From: Microthyrium microscopicum
Taxonomy: Eukaryota
Direction of reading: 5' to 3'
DNA length: 64,000 nt
Assembly (NCBI GenBank): GCA_010405405.1
Contig: MU004245.1
Coordinates: forward strand, 499,256 to 563,255
Below are positions 38,605 to 50,900 of this stretch, in pieces. A model generated the notes under the pieces. The model was not told where the DNA came from. It did not search any database and saw only the letters and a program-made list of their open reading frames with translations. The number at the start of each line of letters is the position of its first letter. Position 1 is the stretch's first letter. The position numbers and the translations under genes are program-made.

Positions 38605-39693
38605 TTTGTTCTGGTTGTATGATATGGGTCTGTTAAAATAGTTTCTTGGGGTGGAAATATGGCACAAAAAGGTTGTTTGTAAGAACGTGAAGTTAGTGAT
38701 GGAAGTGAACTGGGAGAAAGGAAATCAGCAAAATCTGGACAAGTCTATCGCCTTAAATACAATGAAGGTCGTTTGTCGCAGTCAAAAAATTCTGCTCTGC
38801 GGTCCAGAGCGCGTGGCTCTACCATTCAGCTAGTAAGTCGCTATAGCACTAAAGTTATGTAAACTCTGGTTGACTTTATGATACTTCACTAAGCTGTGGT
38901 CGAGCACCAAACTTTCAGTATGCTTCTCTAGTGCGTCTATCATGTTTAGTAACTCGCACTAAGTCAGTTCGCGCAGCTTGCTCCTTATCGCAGTCATGAA
39001 TCCTTTTTCCCCAAGACTGACAAACTCCAGAATGGGTGCTTACAGCGGACGCATTCTGCTGGATGATGTGCTCCTAATGCGAGTTTGATAGCTATATAAG
39101 AGGAATATAACTTCCATCGAGTCCATGGAAGTATGTAAAAGGTTCCATTTGCAATGATTGGTTATATTCGAATGCAAAGACCATCGTTACTGAAAGGTAT
39201 CAGACAGCTCAAATCGGCTTGATGACTGTTCACTACCACGTTTGACATATACGTCTGAGGATCATTTTGGTGTCTAAGGACCATGGTTCTTAGAGAATTT
39301 AGGCTTCCAAGAAACAAAACAAATGTGATATCAAGAAAATTACCAACAATCAAGGCTACATAGTCATATTTAGGGAGGCATTAAGGGCTCTTGCACAGCT
39401 TACAGGAGTCACGTAATCGACAGGCACAATGTCTTAGAAATAACCTTAAGAAATCACAGTAGATTCTCTTCGCACATAATACGATATTGATTCGGATCCT
39501 TGCGTACCAAGAGCACTACGACTATCAAAACTATTCCTACCGAATGCAAACTGTGTCAGTACCAGAACACGAGAGTCCAAGGAAATTGTAATCAACAGCA
39601 TGTTATAAGGTTGGAATGCAGAAAGGGGACGCCAAATGAAACAAGTGAAGTCGCCAACTTTGATCATGGGCTTTGATCTATCACGACGCACGA

Positions 39694-41546
39694 TTAGTAT
39701 TCCCATAAGGAAGCGACACAGTCTCCAAATCTTGCAGGATGATCGTCAGGCTCTTTGCCAGCGATCTTCAATCCCCTGTGTTGCAAGTACGAAACAACGT
39801 CAATCCATTTGTTCATTCCTTGACGAGGAGCTCGACGACGAGGCCTCGCCTCAGTCGTTGGATCCATATTGCCCTCAGTGCTGTCGTTCTCAGCAATTCT
39901 TTCATCCAAGGGCCTGATGATCTTCGTAGGCTCGCCTCCGATCACAATGAACTTCAGTGATGGAAAGACACTCTGAATGAAGCCAACTGTCAAGCCCACA
40001 TCGGCCACAGGCGAGCCTCTCGGTGCTAGTGCTTTGATGCTAGGGAACTTGTATTCGGGTTCTGATGGAAGATCCACAGACATACGCATATTTATCCCGA
40101 AAACCTCCAGGAACGATAGCTGCTGCAGAGCTGTCATCATTCCGTGTAAAGAGGTGGACACATAATACTCATAGCCAGCAATGTCCAGAATCCGTAGACG
40201 CGGAAACGCATGGCAAAGTTGATGAAAAGTGTCATCGTCAAGGGAGGTGAAATCCTGGTTAAGTATAATGATCAAAGTTTCCAGATTCTTGAAGGTGAAG
40301 AGTGGCGTTAGAATCTGGCAAGGAAATATTGGCACTGCTTCGTTGCGTAGAGAATCATCTCGACATTGAATGTCAAAATGTAGCAGAGTTTCCGAATTAA
40401 GATGATCCTCGACATCAGTCACGAAGCCAGAAAAGTCCTCACTGGGGTTATATTGAATGTCAATGTGCAGACTTTTGAGAGATCCGGACGATAGGCATCG
40501 AATGAAGACTCCGCATTCTTGGAGACTAGCGGCTTGTAAATTCAAGTCCTCTAGTGCTGGAAAGAAAGGGCCAGTATGATGTTCGGGGGTACCAATCAGA
40601 GAATTGTACAAGCTCAGGTTGAGCTTTGTGACATTGCAGAAAGGGGCTATGTGGAGTAGTCCTCCGGCAGCCATGTATTGAATTTCAGACAACCCCCAAT
40701 AGGTCCCGAAAGACTTCAGGTGCGGAATCTGAGAGAGCTCTTGCACTGGTAGCAAGCCAACCAAGTCGACTGATTCCTCTCCTGGCTCATCAGTATCATC
40801 ATCGTATATCGAGGCGACGCGGAGATGAGCGAGTTTTTGGCAGGCGGGTTTAATGATTTGTAGGAACCGAACTACCTGTGGCGTGTTCGTGTGGTTCAGC
40901 GGTGTCTCTATACAGAATGACTTGAGAGAGGGCGGAAATAATGACGAGAGGTAATTTTCAAATTGGTAGTCATCCAGATCCATGTGTATATGGAAGTTGT
41001 CAAGACGCGGGAGTATGTACTCGTCTTTAAGCAAGGACTTCAACTGACTGAAGACACTGTGGTCGTATTGATAATATTTTTGAGCAACACCCCTGATATC
41101 GGGACCTGTCCGCCGTAGCCAGCGATCATGTTGTATTAAGGTTCGCACTCGTGCTGCATAGAACTTGAATCGTACAATGTGTTCTTCCGCTATCGTCTCA
41201 CTGAGAGTCTAGCCTCATGTCAGCGCAAAATAAATAGACCTAATCTCCGGCAAACTCCTACAAACAAAGTTGTGACACTGAAGTCTTCTGGTTCTTGCTC
41301 ATGAGAAGTCCATATTTCAGGTGATAGCACACGTACAAGTTCCAACAGCGAGTATATAACTCGCCAACGGCAGTCCAAGGCGTAAGGGAGGAAAGTCTTG
41401 CACGTAAGAGCGACTGAGAGTAAATCATGTCTTCCCTTGCAAGGCTCTACCTCGTCTTTGTGAAGCTCATCGACAGTGCGTTCGACATCCCCGACGAAGT
41501 CTATTATGCTGGCTTGAAGTTCAGGTATGAGGAGTGCTCGATGCAT
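39694..41546 (-). CDS. F-box / RNI-like leucine-rich repeat protein of Agaricomycete type
   Basis: ATG 41546; MHRALLIPEL..LLSVALTCKTF..ALDCRWR..SLLELVRVL; phase-0 intron 41261..41209; RFKFYAARVRTL; LRR-like units LEDLNL, LKSLHI, LETLII, FPRLRILDI. Confidence 0.82.
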
Positions 41547-42253
41547 TGTGCACTGGTGTACTCGCTCAAAACAAACAGATTTCTTGCGAATTGATCGTTG
41601 TAAGACCAAACAGTGAAGTGATTCAGAGGGTGCTGTGAGAGAGTAGAGTGTAGTGGACTTGGGGGACATACATTAGGTACACGATGCACGGCGGGGCATT
41701 TGGGAAATTGGAGAGCTTCAGATTACAACATCAGCGTACCTGGGCAGGTACGTTAGTATATTGAATAGGCAGGCGTTATAAGCTGCCTGGCAGGGATTCA
41801 GATCCATGTGGTACAGTACGAAACAAAGCTGTCGCTGCACTTCTGGTTGGGTGCATCAGCTCTCAGCCTCTCGATAATCGGGTATAAGGCTGGAATCTCA
41901 CAACGAAATGACCCAAAGCATTCCCATAGATTCCTGAAATATCATACGGTCGTGTTCATTGAAGTTTCTTAACCTTTCATTAGGTGTCTTATATTAGATT
42001 GGCAAACTCTTCAGACTCTTGATTACAATGCCTGATGCGCTAGATAGCACTGCTGATCTGCCGTTTTGTGAATCAGTATTTGAGGTAGCCTTGAAAGATC
42101 GAAAATAGACTCTGGAGACGTTTCAGACTGTCATCATCCATGGCTACGAGATCAAGGATTGGTATTCGAACCGTCGAAGCGTACCGAAACATAGATATAT
42201 GCTGTAATGAAGGCCCGAAGGGCGTTGAATTTGGTGAGAAAGAAGCAAGCATA

Positions 42254-45200
42254 CCCATCGGTTAAGAACACGATCGCCGAAGGCGATTGGGGACAGCTTA
42301 ACGCTAAGGACAGCTTAACGCTAGATCTATTACTATTATTTAGTTACTTACTAGCCATTCATTCATTATACAATATTTGAAGCTGAAATTAAAGAGGCAT
42401 ATAATTTAGGTTTAGTTCTAAATCCTGTATTAATTTTAGCTTTATAACTTATTAAATAAGTCTTTACTGTTAATCTCTAGTTAGGTAGTTTTAGACTTAA
42501 TTAGACTAAAATGTATAGAATTTTAAGTATTTCTTTAGACTACTTACTAACTTTACTAGTTATACTTTTTAAAATTTAACTAGAGCATAAATAGATATAA
42601 TAGAATACTCTATCTAATTTTTATATAATATAATTAATAAGAGAGTTTATTATTATAATAACTAGAAATTCTTAGATATTCTTAAGCTTTAGCCCTCTTA
42701 ATAGCCTCTTAGCATCTTAACTACTCTTCTATTGATTTACTACTTCTACTATTAACTACTACTTACTTAATAATTTCTATCTCTACTATTATAGCTCTAA
42801 AATCGTAATTAAAAAAGCAAAAATACTCTAAATTTCTAGCTAAAGAAGCCTTACTTAAAGACGCTATTAAATTTTATTAAAAATACCCTAAAATAATATA
42901 AACTTAACTTGTAGAGAAATTTACGTCCCTAAGGCTTAATTAGATATACTATCGCTATCTATAGATATAAATATCGTGCTCTAAGCGTACCTTTACTAAT
43001 TAAAAGCTCTCTAATGACTAGGAGGTATTCCTTATAAAATATCTTAATTTAATAGTAAAGATTAGCGTATTGCTTTATATTAAACTTATTTAGGGTGCTG
43101 CTAATGAGATCCTATAATGAGATATTAAAGATTTAGATATAATTTCTCTTAAAGAATAACCTTATATTAGATCTAAATAGGCTACTCGCTAGCTTAAACG
43201 TAGTTAATTTGCTTTGTGCTTTTAACTTGCTATTAAAGCTATAAGAAAGCAAGCTATAGAAAGAGATGCTATTAAGCACTTCTATAGAGAGTATAAAGAT
43301 ATTACTACTACTTATGGCATCTAAATTGAGGACTAGTGAAATATAGATAAAATAGGCGTTTAAATTAGTATTAGAAGAGGCTAAATAGTAGTTATGCCTA
43401 ATAATTGTGAGTTCTTTAGCTACTACTACAACTATATTAAATCTCTTAGTAATTAAGAATTACTTACGTCTGTTGAAGCCTGTTCTGCTACTAGAAGAAC
43501 TATTAATCTCTTACTTATTACTAAAGGGAAGATTATATAGCAATTTTAGTTCGATGGTATTAAATTAGGAAATCTTGCGATTAGTAAGTTAATAGGCCTA
43601 AAACTAGTAAATCTAAAGTACTAATCTTACTATAGCGGTATCTAATACTAGCTATTTAAATAATTATTTAGGATTTATTTAGATATAGTATTTTTAACAT
43701 CTTTTAAAGTAACATTAGCTAAAGGATTACCTACGCTAGAAGGCTCGCTAGTAACTCTTAATAATTAATAAATATATAAGCTATTTTACTATATAGTTTA
43801 TATTATATTATAAGCTTTATAAGATAAAGATATTACTTCTTTTACCGCATTTAACGCACTTCTTATAACTATTAGATATTAGTATCTTTTAACCTTAGAA
43901 ATACTAGCATATAGAAGAAATTAACGTATATACGCGTTAAGGAATTATTAATTTTAATAGGCTATATCTTCTTAAAATAATTAAGTATATTAGATTAAAA
44001 GCTTTTACTAAAAATAATATTAGATTAGCGTAGAGGCGTATAGAAATAGTTCCCTTTAATTTAGAGTTAGTACTAAGTTAAATTCTTATTATAGATCCTT
44101 TAAAAGGGCTTAATCTATATAAAGATTAAGATCCTACTACTAGGCAATTTAGGAAGCGCCCTTAAATACTTAAAGATAAGGAATTACCTATAGTATAGAC
44201 TACTCTAGAATATTTAAAGTGATTTAAATAGTAAACTAGATAAATTGAGTATTATCTTTAATCGTTAGTATCTCTAGCGCCTCCTATAGTTTATAAGTAA
44301 CGATGAGCTAATCTTAAGGTCTTCTTAGATTATGTTACTACGTATAATAATCTTACTATAATGCTAATTAATTACTACTTTAATTCTTATTTAGTAAGAC
44401 TTTATAATAAGTCGTTAAAGGATAAATCTCGTAAATAGGTTTAAAAGGAAGGATTTGTTTACGCTAGTAATATTAGAGGTTATAATATTATTGGTTTAGT
44501 AGATATCCTATAGCACTAGCGCTAAATTAGGCTTTACTTTAATAATAAATAGCTTCTTTATTAACTCTATCTTTATGACTTTACCTTTCCTTAGTTCTTC
44601 CTATATTCTATAATCTAAATAATTACTAAAATCGTAAATACTAAGGCTACTATATACTTATAGAAGTTTACTAAATATAAGAATGCTACCCTTTAAAAGG
44701 CCTCTTAATAGACTATTACTAATAATAAGATTTAGGTTATTAAAGCTATAGTAGCAGAGTAATCTTAGCTTATAGTAGTAAAGGGCTCTTAACCTAAAAA
44801 GAGGCGTATAAGAGTAAAGAAGGAAGTAATTCTTAATATTCTAAGGTAGGCTAAATATAATATTTATGTTATATAGAAATGGAATGAAGAACTGCTTTAT
44901 CTTAAAGGGTCCTAAAGAAGACTATAGTAAGATTACTAGGAGAACTATACTAACGCTACTAAATTCCCTTACCTTAAGTATAATTACGAGTAAAATATAG
45001 CTCTATAGTACTTAGAAATATACCTATCGTAGTCTAAATTTATACTTATTAACTTATAGATCTTTACTACTAATCCTCTACTAGTATATATATTATATAC
45101 TAATAACGATAGTAAAGATACTATTAATAAGCCTGCTAATAGTAAAGATGTATTGAAAGATAAAGAACTACTAATAATAGAGGAGCAGATTACTAAAGTA

Positions 45201-45580
45201 GCTACCTAGACTACTAAGATTCGTAAAGCTAAAGCTTGCGCGCTTTAAATACAAGAATTTTAGTAAAATTTAAAGTCCGTTTAATATAGATATTCCTATT
45301 TTAGTATTGAAATATAGAGATTTAACTATTTTATAGTATTTAACTTATAATTATAACTATAAAAGATTACCCCCCAAAACATAATATTAATTACTAAAAA
45401 TAATACTATAGGTACATTAATACTATTAAAACACTTCGTAGAAGTTACATTAAATTATATTAACTAGTTGTTAAGATATTAATTAATTACTAGTTAAGTA
45501 GTAATAGATCTAGCGTTGAGCTGTCCTTAGCGTTGAGCTGTCCCTAATCGCCTTCAGCGATCGTGTTCTTAACTAATAGG
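42254..45580 (+). mobile_element. RIP-inactivated Tc1/mariner-superfamily (Fot1/pogo-type) DNA transposon, 3327 bp
   Basis: ~82-bp TIRs (42254-42335 and 45499-45580), each with two internal direct repeats GGACAGCTYAACGCTA. TA target duplications at 42252-53 and 45581-82. Decayed DDE_1 motifs: *NIDKIG at 43337 (from WNxDETG) and PHLTHFL*LLD at ~43846 (from PHSTHxLQPLD). Confidence 0.9.
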
Positions 45581-45661
45581 TAAGGAAAAGACCACTCGTT
45601 GCCTACTTCCGTGTTTAAAGACTAAGAAAAGCTTAATATGAAAGTCGCTGCCGTGTGCTTA

Positions 45662-45883
45662 CCATAGCGCGCGAGGGGGACTTATACAAATGATCATAGG
45701 AGAATCTTAGGCAAGAACGAATTACTTTAGCATGTTATAATCGTTTTTATTCTTCTCAATTATGCTTTCATTATCGTAACAATAATTTCTACATAGCTTT
45801 AATCAGCAAAGGGTGAGAATTAGTAAATTTGTATACTAAATCCTCATACGATGATTTCTATAACTCCCCCCTCCACGCTATGG
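45662..45883. mobile_element. MITE, 222 bp, TA target duplication
   Basis: Imperfect TIRs CCATAGCGCGCGAGGGGGACTTAT.. and ..ATAACTCCCCCCTCCACGCTATGG, flanked by TA at 45660-61 and 45884-85. No coding capacity. Confidence 0.8.
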
Positions 45884-46088
45884 TAGCTATTGATATACCC
45901 AAGATTTAAGGACAAACAATGTTGGACTCCCAAATTTGAGGCAGCTAGTATATAATGAAGCCATATACGAACATTTGTACTTGCCACGCTAGAGATCATG
46001 AGCTAGATCTGAAATCATCTTACCTCTACATCGATTCTAATCAGTCTCGTTCCCTGAGTGAGTTAGCAACGATGTTTCTTTGTCCGGT

Positions 46089-46653
46089 TCATATACAGCT
46101 CACAGGCCTTTGATAATGCTCCGAGGTCAGACTTTTCCATTCAGTCCGACACAAAGGACAAGACTTGAGGTCATAATCCTCATTTTGAAGCCATTGATTA
46201 ATACACTCTTCGTGGAAGTTGTTTCCGCACTCGTATCTACAATGAACGAGCTGCTCTCCTTCCTCTACAGGCAGTAATTCAAGCCGGCATATGCCACAGA
46301 TATCGTCAGGGCCAATTGGCTGAGGGACTGCCTCGTCCTGAATCACTTCTTCCCATTAAATGCTATCCACCATCGAATTGCTTTGATAAAGGCCTGTCTA
46401 CCTCCTTCTCTGCAGGCATCATTTTGGCAGTATATGTTTCTACAGAATTGGTGAAGATAAATGTAGCGAAACGCATATTCAGGTATTATTTGTGTGGGAA
46501 GTGCTGCTCAAAGCAACGTCTCACGTAGTCCGTAATCTCAGAAACAGAGTTGTTTCTTCCGGGTAGATTTTCGCAAGCTGGATCATCTGCAGAGGCAGGC
46601 CCCTAGCATAAAAGATGCCCATCGGAGTCATATGCAGGACTGAGATCCAACAT
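46089..46653 (-). pseudogene. Disrupted RING-finger gene, probable paralog of 37215-38604
   Basis: Intact RING: CGICRLEL..HCRYECGNNFHEECINQW..CPLCRTEW. Upstream frames carry TAG/TAA stops (e.g. HLLC*GP), and the 5' end abuts a TIR at 46655. Confidence 0.65.
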
Positions 46654-46654
46654 A

Positions 46655-47334
46655 CCATAGCGCGCGAGGGGGGGTTATGCAAATGATGATATAATAATCT
46701 TCTAATAGTTTTGAATAGTATTATTAAGAAATATATTACTTATTAAGAGAGGGAGAGAAATTATAGATTTATTTAGACTTCTATTTTAATAAGTAGATAG
46801 CTTTATATAACTTTAAAGATATTATGTAAAGGTACTATTCTTATAGAAGATCTTAGTATTACAAAATATTAGCTTCTTATTACCTTTATTTTAAAGCGGA
46901 AAATAAATTATATATAAGGTATAGTAGGAAAGTAAGCTAGCTTATTATATAATCGTTTTAAGTATAGTAGGTTTTAAATTTAACTTTATTTTAAGAATAA
47001 CCTTATTTTATAATACTTATATTTTTATTTCCCTATTACCTTTTTATAAATATAGGTTATATAATATATTTATTTATATTAGTATAGACGTATCTAAAAG
47101 CTAGCTTCTTCTAATATTAATTTTATTAAAAATACTAGTTTATATAAATCGTAGGTCTTTATACTTCTATCTACGTTAGCCTATAAATATATTAACCTAG
47201 CCTTTTCTATATATATTCTCTTTTATAGAAAATATTTACGCTATTTAGTAGTAGTTTTATATATATTATTATATACTTAAAATTATCTTATTTAAAGATT
47301 ATATACGTTAAAAATAAATCTTATAGGTTATTAG
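46655..47334. mobile_element. Left end of a larger RIP-degraded TIR element of the same family as the MITE; right end not found
   Basis: TA followed by CCATAGCGCGCGAGGGGGGGTTATGCAAATGAT, nearly identical to the MITE left TIR, then AT-rich RIP-type sequence. The right boundary is inferred. Confidence 0.6.
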
Positions 47335-47758
47335 TATTAGGGGTTAAACCCCCTAAAGCTATGCTCGTTTAGGCTACCCCTATTATATATAAATACCTTA
47401 ATTAAAGAGTCTTTTAACTCTTCTTTCTCTCTAAGTTACCTTCCTATTTAGTAGGCTTATAATATAACTTATCTCTTTGTTATCTAACCTATAATATTAG
47501 GTAACTTTAAACTAACCCCTCTTTTTACTTACTTCCTCTCTATCTATTAATAAATAGCTAGAATAGTAGACTAAGATCCCTCTTATCTAATAACTACTAA
47601 ATAAGATAGAGAAACATCCTTTAAGGGCTTTACTTATAAGAACATAGAAGCATACTTTACGTATATTAACTAATAATAAATAGAGCTATAGAACTACTTA
47701 GACGTATCTTAGGAGGTAACTAATAATAGCTTATAATAAGTAACGAATAGTATTTTAC

Positions 47759-47985
47759 TATAATGATTCCTCTTTATAGGCTTTATAGTAGTATTGTAAG
47801 AGAGATCTTGTTACAAGATTACGCGCTAGACCCAAGGGGGTTAGCGCGCCCAAGGATCTACTAAGCGGACTTACTTCCCTTATAGATCTATAGCTCTTTT
47901 AGATCTTTTTCTCTCTCTCTCCTATTTATAGATTCTAGAATATAATCTAATTATTTACTTACTCTAAGTTCTATAGCTTATTATA
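47759..47985 (+). repeat. 5' LTR of element A
   Basis: Direct repeat of 55184-55410; TG..CA ends mutated to TA..TA. Confidence 0.9.
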
Positions 47986-50900
47986 TAATCTATAAATTAT
48001 TTAACTACCTACGTACTTATACTACGCACCCTAGAATTTACTTCTAAAGAAGCATCTATATAAATTAATATCCTATACGCGTAGTCTTAGGCCTTATTAA
48101 AGATCCTTTATAGATTTACTAAATCTATTAACTCTACTAACCTCTTATCTAATTAGAGCGTTAGGATTTTCTAATACTCTTTAATTTATTAATAGTCTAA
48201 GTATTAATTACTCTTTATCCTTAGTTCTATAGAATACTAAAGTTTATCTTCTATACTACTACTAAATATCTATAATTATACTTAATATACTTACTATTAA
48301 AACGCGCTAAATAAATAAGCGTTCCTCCCTAATACCCTTCTTTATTATTTATAACTATAGCTAATAAAACTCCTAACTAATAGACCTAAGTTAATAACTA
48401 TATAGCCTACTTGCTATTTCTAATTACTTATACTTAGCCTAATAATTAGCGCTTATCTCTATCTTCTATATACTTATATTACTTATCTCTATTACGTTAC
48501 CTCTCTATAATATATACTAAGTATTAAAGTAGACCTAATACCTAAGATATAATATAACTAAATACTACCTAGAAAGTAGTAGATTTAGTAGAGAGCGTCT
48601 TAAGACTATTAAAACTACTAGAACTAGACTTAAGAGCGTTATTAAAAGATAAAGATAAGTTAGAAGATAATTATCTATTAGAATAAGGCTATAAAGGTAA
48701 AGAAACTAAAGCGTTAAAAAATGCTCCTTAAAATACTAGTTAAATAACTTTACTAAACTAAATAAATATAGGAGATAACTAGTTGCTAGCTCCTTTCTAA
48801 CCTAATAATAATACTAGACTTTTTTTTAGAATATATAAATAGCTAATAGAACTATACTAGTAAGCTAAAGACTCTAAAATACTATTTATATTAATATCTT
48901 ACTACCCTATAGTAGTAGACCTTAATTAACTAGTTACTTTAACTATTAATAAGAACCCTCTAATCTTCTAAGCTACTTAAGTATAAAAAATGCTTAATAA
49001 AGAAAGCAATAAGCTAAAAGACGTAAAAGTATACCTTTATTATAAAGAAAAGTAATTAGACCTCTATTACTATTCTTACTACTTAATTAAATTAGATACT
49101 AACTTAGAATATCTATTAAAAAAAGAAATTATACTAAATAACTTAATTATATAGCTCTACGCTTTATTATTAGCCTCTTAAACTATAGTCTACCTCTTTA
49201 AAATTAAGCAAAATATAAATACTTATAATATAGACTTAATCTATACTTTCTAAGAAAAAGCTTTAGAAGCTTAAGGAGAGATATAAGACTTAGCTAAAAC
49301 TAATAATAAACGCGTAAAGTAGATTACTTACCTTAAAGCGTAAGTTTAAGATAATACTATTACCTTTAAGGAAGTAGTAACTACCTACTAAAAGGTATAG
49401 GAATTATAATATAATAATAATTTACTTAAGGAAGTACTTACTACCTATATTAATAAGATTAGTAAATACTATAAGGCTCTATAGAAAAAGGTAAATAAAG
49501 CTACTATCCTTTAAGCCTAAGTAAACGCCCTCTAAAAGAAATCCTTAGCTACTAAGGTAACTAATCCTTATTTTAATTACGATAAGTTAGTAGATAATAA
49601 TTTATTCTACTAGACTTTCCTTACTTAGGATATAGACTAACCTAACTTAAATATACCTCTAGGGGTACTAGACTTATATTAAACTACTCTCTTCTCTAAC
49701 CTTAACTTAGTAAGTAGCACTTTTCTCCTTAAAGTATAAGGTAATAAGCCCTTACTTTTCTCTAGAAAGAATAAGTAGAAGTATTATATTTAAAAAGGCA
49801 AAATACTAGACTACTTAGATAATAATACTTAAGTCTATTTTACTAAGGCTTCTAAGATCTAAGTTATTTAAAGAGTAATAAAGAACTAGGTATTTAGTAC
49901 TATTAATAAGTAAAGTAACTATAAGTTAACTAACCTATATTTATTTATTATAGAAATATAGTCTAATTTAGATTATAAATATAGTATTAAGGATAGTTAT
50001 ATTACTACTAAGACCTAGCTTAAGAGCTAAGAAGCTATAATAAAGCCTACTAAGAAACTTAAAGAGTTCTTAGTCTACTTCTTAGAGAATTTACGTAAAG
50101 CTAAGTTAAGTAATTAAGATAAGATTATTAAAATGCAACTTTTTTTACTTCTAAAGTTTATAGAGAGAGTACTCTTTATAGAATTAAAGACCTTTACTAA
50201 CTTCTTAGAAAGCCTATATACTATAGCTCGTTATATTAAATACGTCTCCTCTATAAATCTATGTAGCTATGATAATAATAATTATTCTATAGCTAAAGGT
50301 AGTAGACGAAAGCCTAAATATAACTATTCTTTAGAAATTTATAATATATTAAAGGTAGATAATTACTATATAAAATATAGCAAAAAAGGTTATAGTTACT
50401 AGCAAAATAAAGTACTATATAAAGATAGAGACATTTTATTAGATGCTAAAATATAGCTAAAGGTTATAGCTATTATTATAGAGTTTACTACTATCTATAA
50501 TTAAATTGCTACTTAATCTCCTTAGTCCTTAACTATAGAGAATAATTATAATAAGTATAATTATAGTAATAAGGCAAAAAACTAAAAGCTTTTCTATAAA
50601 GATACGCAAAGGAGCTAAATAAGTAAGAAGCGTATAACTAGTAATAAAAGAAGGATGAACCTAATCCTAAGCTAGTTCTTATAGAAGAATAAATCTAATA
50701 TAAGGTTAATAAGACTATTTAGCGCCTAGAAGTTAACCTCTAATAAGTATTATCCTTAAAGCCTATTATATTTAATAATACTAAGTTAGCTATTATTAAG
50801 ATATTCCTTACCTTTATAGTATATAATTTCTACCTTTAAGAAGTAGCTACTATACTTATAGTAAATAATTAGTAGACTACTTATAGTACTATATTTTCTC

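Noticed and set aside
41900..42258. Possible gene remnant split by the Fot1-like insertion (continuing at 45581-45660)
   Set aside because: The joined flanks give only a short open frame with no recognisable family, and the listed ATG lies inside the TIR.
42287..42325. Short tandem direct repeats resembling a CRISPR-like unit
   Set aside because: Only two abutting copies with no spacers; these are sub-terminal repeats in a TIR of a eukaryotic transposon.
50133..50402. 89-aa ORF in the AT-rich block
   Set aside because: Chance stop-free stretch of RIP-mutated gag in element A.
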